The notes under the pieces were generated by a model. The model did not search any database and had not been told where the DNA came from. It saw nothing but the letters and a program-made list of their open reading frames with translations. The translations under genes were made by a program, and so were the position numbers. From an uncultured delta proteobacterium (lineage in GTDB: Bacteria > Desulfobacterota > Binatia > Binatales > Binataceae), in assembly GCA_963711565.1 (NCBI GenBank), contig CAVQEQ010000004.1, forward strand, positions 1,472,001-1,536,000: 64,000 nt of DNA, in the 5' to 3' direction. Below, in pieces: positions 20,591 to 29,494 of the stretch (position 1 is the stretch's first letter; every line of letters begins with the position of its first letter).

Positions 20591-22342
20591 ATGAGACGAC
20601 TCTTTTTCTACGCGCGACGCTACTGGTTGCGTTACGTATTCGGCATCTCTTGCACGTTCGCGAACGCCACGCTCGCGGCGATCATTCCGCTCTTCATCCG
20701 CGATGCGATCAACGCCACCGGGAAGCATCGGCCCGACCTCGTCGCGCATTACGCTGTGTTGATGATCCTGTTCGCGGTGACGCTCGGCACCGTGCGCTGG
20801 TTTTCGCGCTTCACCATCTTCAATATCGGACGCGATATCGAGTACGACCTGCGCAACGATCTCTTCGAGCATCTCACCACGCTCGGCACCGACTTCTACA
20901 TGAAGATCAAGACCGGCGACTTGATGTCGCGCATGATCAACGACCTGACCGCGGTCCGAATGTTGGTCGGCATGTTCGTGCTGTCGGTCTCGAATACCCC
21001 GCTGATGTACTGCCTCGCACTCGGCTTCATGAGTTCGCTCAACCGGCGCCTGACGTTGTTCGCGGTCGTTCCCTACCTTGTATTGTTCGTCGCCATCCGC
21101 TGGCTGATGCGCAAGATGATGATGCGCAGCCTCAAAGTGCAGGAAGGCCTCGCCGCGATTGGCTCCAAAGTCCAGGAGAGCCTCGCCGGCATTCCGGTCG
21201 TGAAAGCGTACACCCTCGAGGAGCACGAGGCTGGGCTGTTTCGCAAAATCAACGACGCTTACAACGAGCAGGGTCTCGCACTGGCGCGCACCCGCGGTGC
21301 GATGATGCCGATGATTCGTTGCGCGGCGGCAAGCGCGACGATGATCGTGCTGATTTACGGCGGCTCGCTCGTGATCAACGGCAAGATGTCGCTCGGCTCG
21401 CTGGTGGCCTTTCTGAGCTACCTCGGCATGCTCGCGATGCCGACTATCCAGCTCGGCTGGATGCTGTCGATCTATCAGCGCGGCAAAGCCTCGATGAAGC
21501 GGCTCGATGAAATTTTCGGCGCGCGCGGGGCCGACAGCGTCGCGGGCGAAGACCTCAAGCTCGAGATCAATGGCGCCGTCGAATGGAAAGACGTCTCGTT
21601 CAGCTACCTCGCGCACAACGGCAACGGCGCCGATGGCAAGATTCCGTACGCGCTCAAGAACATCAACGTCAAAGTAGGCGCGGGCGAAAAGCTCGCGATC
21701 GTCGGCCGCACCGGCTCGGGAAAATCCACGATGGTCAAGCTGCTGGCTCGACTGCTGCAACCGACCGAGGGACGCATCCTGCTCGACGGCCGCGACGTCG
21801 AAGAAATGCCGCTGGCAGCGCTTCGACGCACGGTCGGAATGGTCCCGCAGGAGCCGACGCTCTTCACCGACACCCTCGCGCGCAACATCGCATTCGGCAA
21901 GACCGACGCGTCGCTCGATGTAATCCAGAATTCCGCGCGCATCGCCGGACTAGACCCCGACATCGCGATACTGCCGCATGGACTCGACACGATCGTCGGC
22001 GAGCGCGGGATGGCGCTGTCGGGCGGCCAGAAACAACGCGTCACGATTGCGCGGCTCCTCGCTTACAATCCCGCGATTGTCGTGCTCGACGACGCGCTCT
22101 CGAGCGTCGATACCGAAACCGAAAAGGCGGTGCTCGAAAGTCTCGAGCAGAGCGTCGAAGGCCGCACGACGATCGTAGTCTCGCATCGCGCGTCAACGGT
22201 CCGCGACTCGGATCAGATCGTCGTGCTCGAAGACGGCGAGATTGCCGAGCGCGGCACCCACGAGCAGCTGATGGCTCGTCGCGGGATTTACGCCGAACTG
22301 TTCCATCGCCAATTGCTCGAAGAGGAATTGAGCCGCTACTGA
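20591..22342 (+). CDS. ABC exporter, fused permease/ATPase (heterodimer subunit 1)
   Basis: TGDLMSR, GRTGSGKST, LSGGQKQR, degenerate Walker B LDDALSSVD. Confidence 0.93.
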   Translation: MRRLFFYARRYWLRYVFGISCTFANATLAAIIPLFIRDAINATGKHRPDLVAHYAVLMILFAVTLGTVRWFSRFTIFNIGRDIEYDLRNDLFEHLTTLGTDFYMKIKTGDLMSRMINDLTAVRMLVGMFVLSVSNTPLMYCLALGFMSSLNRRLTLFAVVPYLVLFVAIRWLMRKMMMRSLKVQEGLAAIGSKVQESLAGIPVVKAYTLEEHEAGLFRKINDAYNEQGLALARTRGAMMPMIRCAAASATMIVLIYGGSLVINGKMSLGSLVAFLSYLGMLAMPTIQLGWMLSIYQRGKASMKRLDEIFGARGADSVAGEDLKLEINGAVEWKDVSFSYLAHNGNGADGKIPYALKNINVKVGAGEKLAIVGRTGSGKSTMVKLLARLLQPTEGRILLDGRDVEEMPLAALRRTVGMVPQEPTLFTDTLARNIAFGKTDASLDVIQNSARIAGLDPDIAILPHGLDTIVGERGMALSGGQKQRVTIARLLAYNPAIVVLDDALSSVDTETEKAVLESLEQSVEGRTTIVVSHRASTVRDSDQIVVLEDGEIAERGTHEQLMARRGIYAELFHRQLLEEELSRY

Positions 22343-22343
22343 A

Positions 22344-24185
22344 ATGCAGCTCGTCGAGGAAAAGCCTCTCACCAAAGTTTACGACGCCGGGCTCGTGCGT
22401 TGGGTGTGGCAGTTCATCCGTCCCTACCAGGGGCTGTTCTGGCTGGCGACGTTACTGATGCCGCTCGACACGGCCTTCCTGCTCGCACAGCCGTACGTCA
22501 TCAAGCTGACGGTCGACGAATTTCTCTCCGGCGCGCACGGAGCCCCTGTCCCCGCATGGCTCGCGATTCTGTTCCGTGCGTCGGGTGGACACGGGCTGTT
22601 CGTGATGGGCGCGCTGTACCTGCTGCTGGTCGTCTGCGAGTTCCTCGCGTTCTACGCCCAGTTTTACCTGATGATGATGGTCGCGCAGTTCAGCCTCTCC
22701 GACCTGCGGATGGCGCTGTTCCGCAAGGTCGAGCGCCTGCCGATGTCGTTCTTCGATCGCACCCCGGTCGGCCGGCTGGTCAGCCGAATGACGACCGACA
22801 TCGACTCGATCAACGACATGTTCTCGGCCGGTTCGCTGACGATCTTCATCGACGCGATGACGCTGCTGGGCATCGTGGCGATCATGTTCTCCCTCAGTCC
22901 GCGGCTGGCGCTGGCTGCCCTGTGCGCGATTCCGCCGTTGACGCTTGTAATTTATTTCCTGAGTTCCCGTTCGCGCATTGTTTACGGCCAGATCCGTGAT
23001 CGTCTCGCCGCCCTGAACTCGTACTTGTCGGAATCGCTGGCCGGCATGATGATCGTGCAGCTCTTCACCCGCGAGCGCGAAAGCCGTCGCGAGTTCGACG
23101 AGCTCAACCTGCGTTCGCGCGACGTGCAGATGATGGCCAACGTTTACGAGGCCGCGCAATTCTCGTCGGTCGAGGCACTCAGCTCGATTACGGTCGCGGT
23201 TATCTTGTGGATCGGCGGCGGCAGCGTGATTCGACACCTCGTAACGGTAGGCACGCTGATCGCGTTCATCCAGTACGCTCAGCAATTCTTCACGCCGCTG
23301 CGCGATATAGCGAGCAAGTACAGCGCGCTCCAGTCGGCTCTGGCGGCGATCGAGAAAATTCACGCGTTGATGGAAGGCGAGCAGACGCTGCCACTGCCCG
23401 CGCAGCCGAAGCAGCCGGCGGTCTCGCGCGGATCGATCGTGTTCGACCGCGTCAACTTCGAGTACCGTCGCGGCGAGCCGATTCTGAAGGACCTCAGCTT
23501 CAGCGTCGCGGCCGGGCAGAAAATTGCGATCGTCGGGGCAACCGGCTCGGGCAAAACTACGATCATCAAGCTGCTCAATCGTTCGTACGACGTGACCAGC
23601 GGACGAATCCTGGTTGACGGCATCGACGTGCGCGACTGGGACCTGCGCGCCCTCCGCCGCGAAATCGGCTACGTGCAACAGGACGTGTTCCTGTTCGCCG
23701 GCGACGTGCTGGAAAATATCAGGCTGTCGCGAACCGACCTCAACGAATCCCAAGTGCGCGATTCGCTGCGGCGCGCGCAGGCGCTGCGCTTCGTCGATCG
23801 ATTGCCGGGCGGAGTGGCCGAGGAGATTCGCGAGCGCGGCGCCAACCTCTCGGCCGGTCAGCGCCAGTTGCTGTCGTTCGCGCGAGCCCTCGCCTACAAC
23901 CCGCGAATCCTGGTGATGGATGAAGCGACCTCGAGCGTCGACAGCGAGACCGAGCGCCTGGTCCAGCTCGCGCTCAACGAGTTGCTGGCCGAGCGCACCG
24001 CCGTCGTAATCGCGCATCGGCTCTCGACCATCGAGCGCGCCGATCGAATCATGGTGCTCGGCGGCGGCGTCCTGCGCGAGAGTGGGACGCATGAAGAACT
24101 GCTCGCGCAGCGCGGACTCTACTACCGGCTGTTCGAATTGCAGTACGCCGCGATGGCTAACAGCGACCGCCTCGTGGCGGGCTGA
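22344..24185 (+). CDS. ABC exporter, fused permease/ATPase (heterodimer subunit 2)
   Basis: GATGSGKTT, LSAGQRQL, MDEATSSVD, IAHRLSTI. Confidence 0.93.
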   Translation: MQLVEEKPLTKVYDAGLVRWVWQFIRPYQGLFWLATLLMPLDTAFLLAQPYVIKLTVDEFLSGAHGAPVPAWLAILFRASGGHGLFVMGALYLLLVVCEFLAFYAQFYLMMMVAQFSLSDLRMALFRKVERLPMSFFDRTPVGRLVSRMTTDIDSINDMFSAGSLTIFIDAMTLLGIVAIMFSLSPRLALAALCAIPPLTLVIYFLSSRSRIVYGQIRDRLAALNSYLSESLAGMMIVQLFTRERESRREFDELNLRSRDVQMMANVYEAAQFSSVEALSSITVAVILWIGGGSVIRHLVTVGTLIAFIQYAQQFFTPLRDIASKYSALQSALAAIEKIHALMEGEQTLPLPAQPKQPAVSRGSIVFDRVNFEYRRGEPILKDLSFSVAAGQKIAIVGATGSGKTTIIKLLNRSYDVTSGRILVDGIDVRDWDLRALRREIGYVQQDVFLFAGDVLENIRLSRTDLNESQVRDSLRRAQALRFVDRLPGGVAEEIRERGANLSAGQRQLLSFARALAYNPRILVMDEATSSVDSETERLVQLALNELLAERTAVVIAHRLSTIERADRIMVLGGGVLRESGTHEELLAQRGLYYRLFELQYAAMANSDRLVAG

Positions 24186-24196
24186 CGCCTGCCTTG

Positions 24197-25315
24197 ATGA
24201 AAGTGTCTGTGACGACGCGGCAGCCGGCGCGGGCACGATTTCAGCCGGCATACCTGCTGCGCCTCGCGGCGATAATCTTCGCGCCGATCCTGCTGAGCGG
24301 ATGCTACATCACGCACGCCGCTTACGAAGAAGGCCGAATTCTATGGCACCGCAAATCTATCGACGACGTGCTGGCGCGCAAGGATCTTCCGGCGGACGTT
24401 CGCGCCCAACTCGAGACTGTCCTCGCGGTGCGCAAGTTCGCCGACGAAAACCTCGGCGAGAATGTCGGCGGTGCGTATGAAACTATCGCGCCCGTCGATC
24501 AGAGTGCGGTCGTCCACGTCCTGATGGCGGCGCCGCGCGACTCGCTGGAGCCCTACACCTGGTGGTTTCCGATAGTTGGCAGCGTGCCGTATCGCGGCTA
24601 TTTCGACGAGAGCGATGCGATCGCGGAAGCCGCGGCGCTCGAAGCGGAGGGTCTCGACACGATGGTGCGGCCATCGATCGCGTTCTCGAGCCTCGGATTT
24701 TTCGACGACCCGCTCCTGACCAACCTGCTCAAGCTCGACCGCGTCGAGCTGGCCGGCGTGCTGATCCACGAGCTGTTCCATCGCACGTACTTCCTCGCCA
24801 GCGACGCGATGTTCGACGAGTCGGCGGCCAACTATGTCGGCAGCGCGGGCGCGGTCGCATTTTTTGCCGCGACTGACGGTGAGTCGGCGCCGTCCACGAT
24901 TGCGGCGCGCGGCATCCTCGACAGCGATCTCAAGTTCGCGCGCTTTCTGCTCAAGGAGCAGGCGCGTCTGCTCGACATCTATTACACGCCAAACCTCTCG
25001 AAGGATCAGCTCGACAAGCGGCGCGAAGCCGCCTTCGCGGCGATCAAGGCCGACTATGCCGCGCTGGCGCCTTCTCTATCGGGGCTCGACCGGTTCGACC
25101 TCGACAAGCAACCGCTGAACAACGCGGTGTTGATAAATTACCTGCTCTACTTTCACCAGCTCGACAACTTCGCCGCGCTACAGCGGATGAATCACGGCGA
25201 CTTGCGCGCGACCATCGCGCAGATAATTTCGATCGCCAAGGCGCATCCCGACGATCCTTTCTACGCGATCGCGCAGGTGGTACGCGCGGCGGCCCCGCCC
25301 CCTGCCGGACACTAG
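24197..25315 (+). CDS. Putative zinc aminopeptidase lipoprotein
   Basis: LSG-C lipobox, WWFPIVGSVPYRGYF, SSLGFFDDP, HELFH, FDESAA. Confidence 0.85.
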   Translation: MKVSVTTRQPARARFQPAYLLRLAAIIFAPILLSGCYITHAAYEEGRILWHRKSIDDVLARKDLPADVRAQLETVLAVRKFADENLGENVGGAYETIAPVDQSAVVHVLMAAPRDSLEPYTWWFPIVGSVPYRGYFDESDAIAEAAALEAEGLDTMVRPSIAFSSLGFFDDPLLTNLLKLDRVELAGVLIHELFHRTYFLASDAMFDESAANYVGSAGAVAFFAATDGESAPSTIAARGILDSDLKFARFLLKEQARLLDIYYTPNLSKDQLDKRREAAFAAIKADYAALAPSLSGLDRFDLDKQPLNNAVLINYLLYFHQLDNFAALQRMNHGDLRATIAQIISIAKAHPDDPFYAIAQVVRAAAPPPAGH

Positions 25316-25935
25316 GCCGCGAGCGCGGCGGCAATCACTCGCGACAGCTCCGCTTCGCGGCCGCCAAAGAAATGATCGGTGCCCGCGACGATCTCGAGTC
25401 GCGCCGAGTCTCCGATTTTCGCCTTGAGCGCTCGCAGCCCCGCGACCGGCGAGTACGAATCGCTGTCGCCCGACACCAGCAGCACCGGCTTCGATGCGCC
25501 ATCCGGAATTCGCGCATCGGCCATCGCAAGCGGAATCGCGACCGCGACGATTCGAGCAATCTCCGCGCGCTCGTATCCCGCGCTCACCGCCACCATCGCA
25601 CCGAACGAGTATCCCGCCATCACTGCTCCAGATTTGCGCACGCCCGGCTGCGCCAGCAGAAACGCCATTGCCGCGACCGCATCATCGACTTCGCCGGGAC
25701 CGCCGTCATACTCGCCGTCGCTGCCCCCGACGCCCCGAAAATTAAAGCGCAAGGTCGCGTATCCCAATTGCCACAAGGCCGCGAGGATCGCATCGACGAC
25801 ATTGTTGAACATCGACCCGCCGTACATCGGATGCGGATGGCATACGACGGCCGCGGGCGCGCCGCCGCCCGGATTGGCAATCAAGCCTTCCAGGTTCAAA
25901 TCGCCGGATCGAAACGTGACCTGAATCTCATCCAT
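25312..25935 (-). CDS. Alpha/beta hydrolase
   Basis: CHPHPMYGGSM.NNVV, RFNFRGVG.S.G, GYSFG, DHFF. Confidence 0.9.
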   Translation of the reverse strand: MDEIQVTFRSGDLNLEGLIANPGGGAPAAVVCHPHPMYGGSMFNNVVDAILAALWQLGYATLRFNFRGVGGSDGEYDGGPGEVDDAVAAMAFLLAQPGVRKSGAVMAGYSFGAMVAVSAGYERAEIARIVAVAIPLAMADARIPDGASKPVLLVSGDSDSYSPVAGLRALKAKIGDSARLEIVAGTDHFFGGREAELSRVIAAALAA

Positions 25936-26121
25936 ACGCCCGTCGCCTCAAAACCTAAACCGTCGCTTTATATTTCTCGAACCGCGGTTTCGCCGAACGC
26001 TGATATACCACATCAGTCGGCGACACGAATGGTTTTTCTTTCATTGCACTAGGTGAGCTATAATGACTATAAGAATCTTGGGGATCTCATATTCGAGATA
26101 CTGATTAGGGTCGGGGGAAAA

Positions 26122-27396
26122 ATGATTAATTTCAGGGCGTTGCGATTTGCGTTCGCGATTCTGCTCCTGACTCCGATGAGCGCGCACGCGGTCTCGCTGA
26201 CTCTCAACGGCAACAGCGCCGACCTGCAGACCGACAACACACAGGCTGTCTACGCCAGCGACAGCGACGGCGTACCGGTGCTGATCACGGCGGTCGGAAT
26301 GAGCTTGCGAGGTGGCGGCGTCGTAACCGACGTCGGCGTGCCCTCGATGATGCCTGATGGACGCGTGATCTTCGGCGCCGAGGTCCAGCCCAAGGACACC
26401 AACCTCAAGCCGCGCTGGAACATTTTCATTGGCAACGCCGACGCCGTCCCGAGCCATCGCATCATCACTGCCCTGAATCCTAAGGCGCTCGACGGCGATT
26501 GCACGCCCGCCTTCAAGGCCGACCCTTATCCCGTCGCCGACATCGACGAAAACGTCGCATTCATTTCGGCCGTGCCGCACGGCCGCGATGCGCTCTTCTT
26601 CTACTCGCACGGCAAGCTCGCCTGTATGGTGAAGGCGGGCGCCAAAACCAACGAAGGTCACGAGATCGCGGTGCTCAGCTTCGGCAGCGAGCAGATGGGC
26701 GACGGCGGCCAGGTCGTCTTCACCGGCTTTCTCGGCGCAAGCGCCAACACCGCCGATCATCGTCAGGCGCTGATGCTTGCCTCCGTTACCGGCGGCGTTA
26801 CCGAGCTTGCGGTCGAAGGCGCGTACGGTCCGAATCATACGCTCTACCAGCGCCCGTTCGGATTACCGGCTGCCCTGCCCACGACGCTGGGGACAGAGGT
26901 CGCGTTCACGGCCAAGACGCCAAGCGGCGCGGCGCTGTTCCTGTACAGCGGCGGCTCGATGGCGCGAATACTGCCGACCGGCACGCTCACGAGCGTCGGT
27001 CCCGTGACATTTCTGTCGGCGGGACGGCCGGGCCTGATGGCGGACGGAACCACCGCGGTGCTCGCCGGATGCGCTCGCATGCCCGCGATTTTTCGCCTCA
27101 CTCGCCAACGCCTTGATTTGCGGATTCAGCGCGGACAGTTGACTCCCTTCGGCACCGAACTCGAGTCGCTGGGCGATCCGGTGCTGACGGCGTCGGGCGC
27201 GATGTTCATCGGCGCGACCGATTCCGACGATCACGAGAAGCTCTACGTACTGTCGCCCGACGACGCGTTTTTCGAGGTCGGCGAATCTGAATTCATCTAC
27301 CGGATCGCGATGGGCGAGGAGAAGCATCACTCGATCTTCACCGGCACGCTCACAGTGAACCAGCACGGCGACTTCGCCTACCTGGGCGGCCGCTAA
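26122..27396 (+). CDS. Secreted beta-propeller-like hypothetical protein (NxxGxxAF-type repeats)
   Basis: Signal peptide ending AHA; repeats such as DENVAF, GGQVVF, EVAF, NQHGDFAY. Confidence 0.65.
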   Translation: MINFRALRFAFAILLLTPMSAHAVSLTLNGNSADLQTDNTQAVYASDSDGVPVLITAVGMSLRGGGVVTDVGVPSMMPDGRVIFGAEVQPKDTNLKPRWNIFIGNADAVPSHRIITALNPKALDGDCTPAFKADPYPVADIDENVAFISAVPHGRDALFFYSHGKLACMVKAGAKTNEGHEIAVLSFGSEQMGDGGQVVFTGFLGASANTADHRQALMLASVTGGVTELAVEGAYGPNHTLYQRPFGLPAALPTTLGTEVAFTAKTPSGAALFLYSGGSMARILPTGTLTSVGPVTFLSAGRPGLMADGTTAVLAGCARMPAIFRLTRQRLDLRIQRGQLTPFGTELESLGDPVLTASGAMFIGATDSDDHEKLYVLSPDDAFFEVGESEFIYRIAMGEEKHHSIFTGTLTVNQHGDFAYLGGR

Positions 27397-27422
27397 CTCA
27401 ATCTGTTCTCTCTCCCCTCACG

Positions 27423-27448
27423 AAGTAGGACGGAATTTATTCCGTCAA
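27423..27448 (+). repeat. GTAG-type REP palindrome
   Basis: AAGTAG-GACGGAA-TTTA-TTCCGTC-AA, identical at 33914-33939. Confidence 0.8.
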
Positions 27449-27500
27449 CGCTGCATTACGCCGCTTTTCTGCTTCCTCACTTCCTGCCATCTTAAACGCC

Positions 27501-28163
27501 ATGGCAGACCACGCAAAATTCCTCGCGCTCAATCCCAAACTCTACGACTACCTGATCGCGCACGGACACAATGGCGATCCGATCCGCGCCGAACTCGCCG
27601 ATGAAACGGCGAAGCTCGGCCCTATCAGCGGGATGCAGATTGCCGCCGAGCAGGGCACCTTCATGGGCCTCCTCGCGGGCGCGATCGGCGCGCGCTCCGC
27701 GGTCGAAGTCGGGACCTTCACCGGCTACAGCGCACTCTGTGTCGCTCGAGCATTGCCCGCCGACGGCAAGCTGCTGTGCTGCGACGTCAACGAGCAATGG
27801 ACTAGCATCGGGCGCCGCTATTGGGAGCGCGCTGGCGTCGCCAACAAGATCACGCTCAAATTGGCGCCCGCCGCCGAAACGCTGAAGGCCCTGCCCAGCT
27901 CGCACACTTTCGATTTCGCCTTCATCGACGCCGACAAGACCAGTTACGCGATCTACTACGAGGAAATCCTGAAACGTCTGCGCCCCAGCGGCCTCATCCT
28001 CATCGACAACGTGCTATGGAACGGCCGCATCATCGACGACGCGGCCACCGACGCCGACACGCTCGCGCTGCGCAAGCTCAACAACTTCATCGCCGCGGAC
28101 ACCCGCGTAGAAGCCGTGATGCTAGGCATCGCCGACGGCCTAACAATCGTCCGCAAAAAGTAA
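27501..28163 (+). CDS. O-methyltransferase (caffeoyl-CoA OMT-like)
   Basis: MQIAAEQG, EVGTFTGYS, FDFAFIDADK, DNVLWNG. Confidence 0.93.
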   Translation: MADHAKFLALNPKLYDYLIAHGHNGDPIRAELADETAKLGPISGMQIAAEQGTFMGLLAGAIGARSAVEVGTFTGYSALCVARALPADGKLLCCDVNEQWTSIGRRYWERAGVANKITLKLAPAAETLKALPSSHTFDFAFIDADKTSYAIYYEEILKRLRPSGLILIDNVLWNGRIIDDAATDADTLALRKLNNFIAADTRVEAVMLGIADGLTIVRKK

Positions 28164-28186
28164 TTTCCTAACCTCCCCTTGCACCT

Positions 28187-28270
28187 CTGTCATTCAGAGC
28201 CGCTGCGGCGAAGAATCCCGGCTCCTCTCCGAATTCCCCTCTCCTGAAGGGAGAGGGGCCACGGGTGAGG
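28187..28270. repeat. Two adjacent short palindromic repeats (CTGTCATTC..GAAGAATC type and CCCCTCTCC..GGAGAGGGG..GGGTGAGG type)
   Basis: Related copies at 28861-28906 and 47649-47683 respectively. Confidence 0.65.
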
Positions 28271-28280
28271 TTCCGCTGAT

Positions 28281-28811
28281 ATGCACCAACTCCACACCCC
28301 GCGCCTAATCGGCACCCCCGCCTCCCCATCCGATTTCCCCGACATCCGGCGCCTCCATGCCGACCCCCGCGTGATGGCGACGCTATCCGCCGATGGCGCG
28401 ATCTTCACCGAAGACCAAACCCGCGCATTCCTCGATCGCGCCGCCGATCATTGGAAGTCCCACAACTTCGGCCTGTGGACCTTCCGCGATCGCACCGATA
28501 GCGACTTCGTCGGCTACGGCGGTATCAAACACACCACGGTCGAAGGCCGCGACGTGATCGAACTCGCCTACGCGATCACCTCCGCCCATTGGCGCAAAGG
28601 ATTCGCGACCGAAATCTCGCTCGCATCGCTGCAGCACGCCTTCGACGTGTTGCATTTCGACAGAATCGTCGCCTTCACCCTCCCCCACAACCAAGCCTCG
28701 CGCGCCGTGATGGAACACTGCGGCTTCACCTACAACCGCAACATCGTCCACGCCGGTCTGCCGCACGTCCTCTACATCCTCGAAGCCCGCCCCGACGCCA
28801 CCCACTCCTGA
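28281..28811 (+). CDS. GNAT (RimJ/RimL-like) N-acetyltransferase
   Basis: TPRL, ELAY....HWRKGFATE, NQASRAVMEHCGF. Confidence 0.9.
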   Translation: MHQLHTPRLIGTPASPSDFPDIRRLHADPRVMATLSADGAIFTEDQTRAFLDRAADHWKSHNFGLWTFRDRTDSDFVGYGGIKHTTVEGRDVIELAYAITSAHWRKGFATEISLASLQHAFDVLHFDRIVAFTLPHNQASRAVMEHCGFTYNRNIVHAGLPHVLYILEARPDATHS

Positions 28812-28981
28812 CGTGCAACTCTTCTCACTCACAACGACGACCCGAGCACGCGCACTCACTCTGTCATTCCGACGACGGGAGCGAATGCGACGGGAGGAGG
28901 AACCTCGGACAGCTTCGCGCAAGCGAAGCCGGTTTCGGTTCCAAGCCGCCCGCCCCCGGCGGGATTGCCGCAAGCCAGGGC

Positions 28982-28998
28982 GTGTACACTGTACATAC
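28982..28998. promoter_or_regulatory. Putative operator palindrome upstream of brnA
   Basis: GTGTACACTGTACATAC, two TGTACA palindromes ~45 bp upstream of an RHH antitoxin gene. Confidence 0.45.
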
Positions 28999-29041
28999 AA
29001 CAGCGGCGATGGTTGAATTACGAATAGGCCCCGAAACGAAT

Positions 29042-29311
29042 ATGAAGCGCGAATATGACCTGAGCAAAGGTAAGCGAGGGGCGGTAGTCGCTTCAGGGCC
29101 CGAAAAAGTCCGGATCACAATCCGCTTGGACCGCGACATCGTCGATAAATTCCGCGAACAGGTTCGTCGAGCACATCGCGGCAACTATCAGACCTTGATT
29201 AACGACGCGCTTCGAGAACACCTGCACCGTCCGAGCCTCGCGCAGGAAGTCGGCAAGGAACTGCGCTCGGTGTTGCGGGAAGAGCTTCACCGGGTAAAGG
29301 CGAGGCCGTAA
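29042..29311 (+). CDS. BrnA-family antitoxin (orphan)
   Basis: MKREYDLSKGKRG, KVRITIRLDRDIV..F, GNYQTLINDALR. Confidence 0.88.
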   Translation: MKREYDLSKGKRGAVVASGPEKVRITIRLDRDIVDKFREQVRRAHRGNYQTLINDALREHLHRPSLAQEVGKELRSVLREELHRVKARP

Positions 29312-29347
29312 AGCCACGCCCTCGAAGCCCGCGCCTTCACCCAAAAA

Positions 29348-29444
29348 ACTTCCTAACAGGGACGAAGTCCCGCATCTTTGCCTTGCCACCGGGTGCAGGG
29401 GTCACCCCTGCCCAAGGAAGTGTGAAACCCAGGCGGGTTTCACG
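29348..29444. repeat. Multi-hairpin palindromic element upstream of leuS
   Basis: ACTTCCT...AGGAAGT closing stem enclosing GGGAC-GAA-GTCCC and GCAGGGG-TCA-CCCCTGC, then GTGAAACCC-AGGC-GGGTTTCAC. Confidence 0.6.
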
Positions 29445-29494
29445 TTAGATTAAGTGGATTGTCTTCCTACCATCACGCTAAACTTGCCTGACTC

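Noticed and set aside
22452-24251. Long antisense and alternative-frame ORFs (e.g. 599 aa here, 51822-53561, 29450-30850, 11359-12684)
   Set aside because: Shadow ORFs expected in high-GC DNA opposite well-supported genes; no motifs.
29312-29494. T-box leader for leuS
   Set aside because: No T-box consensus (AGGTGGNACCGCG) or specifier-loop stem was seen.
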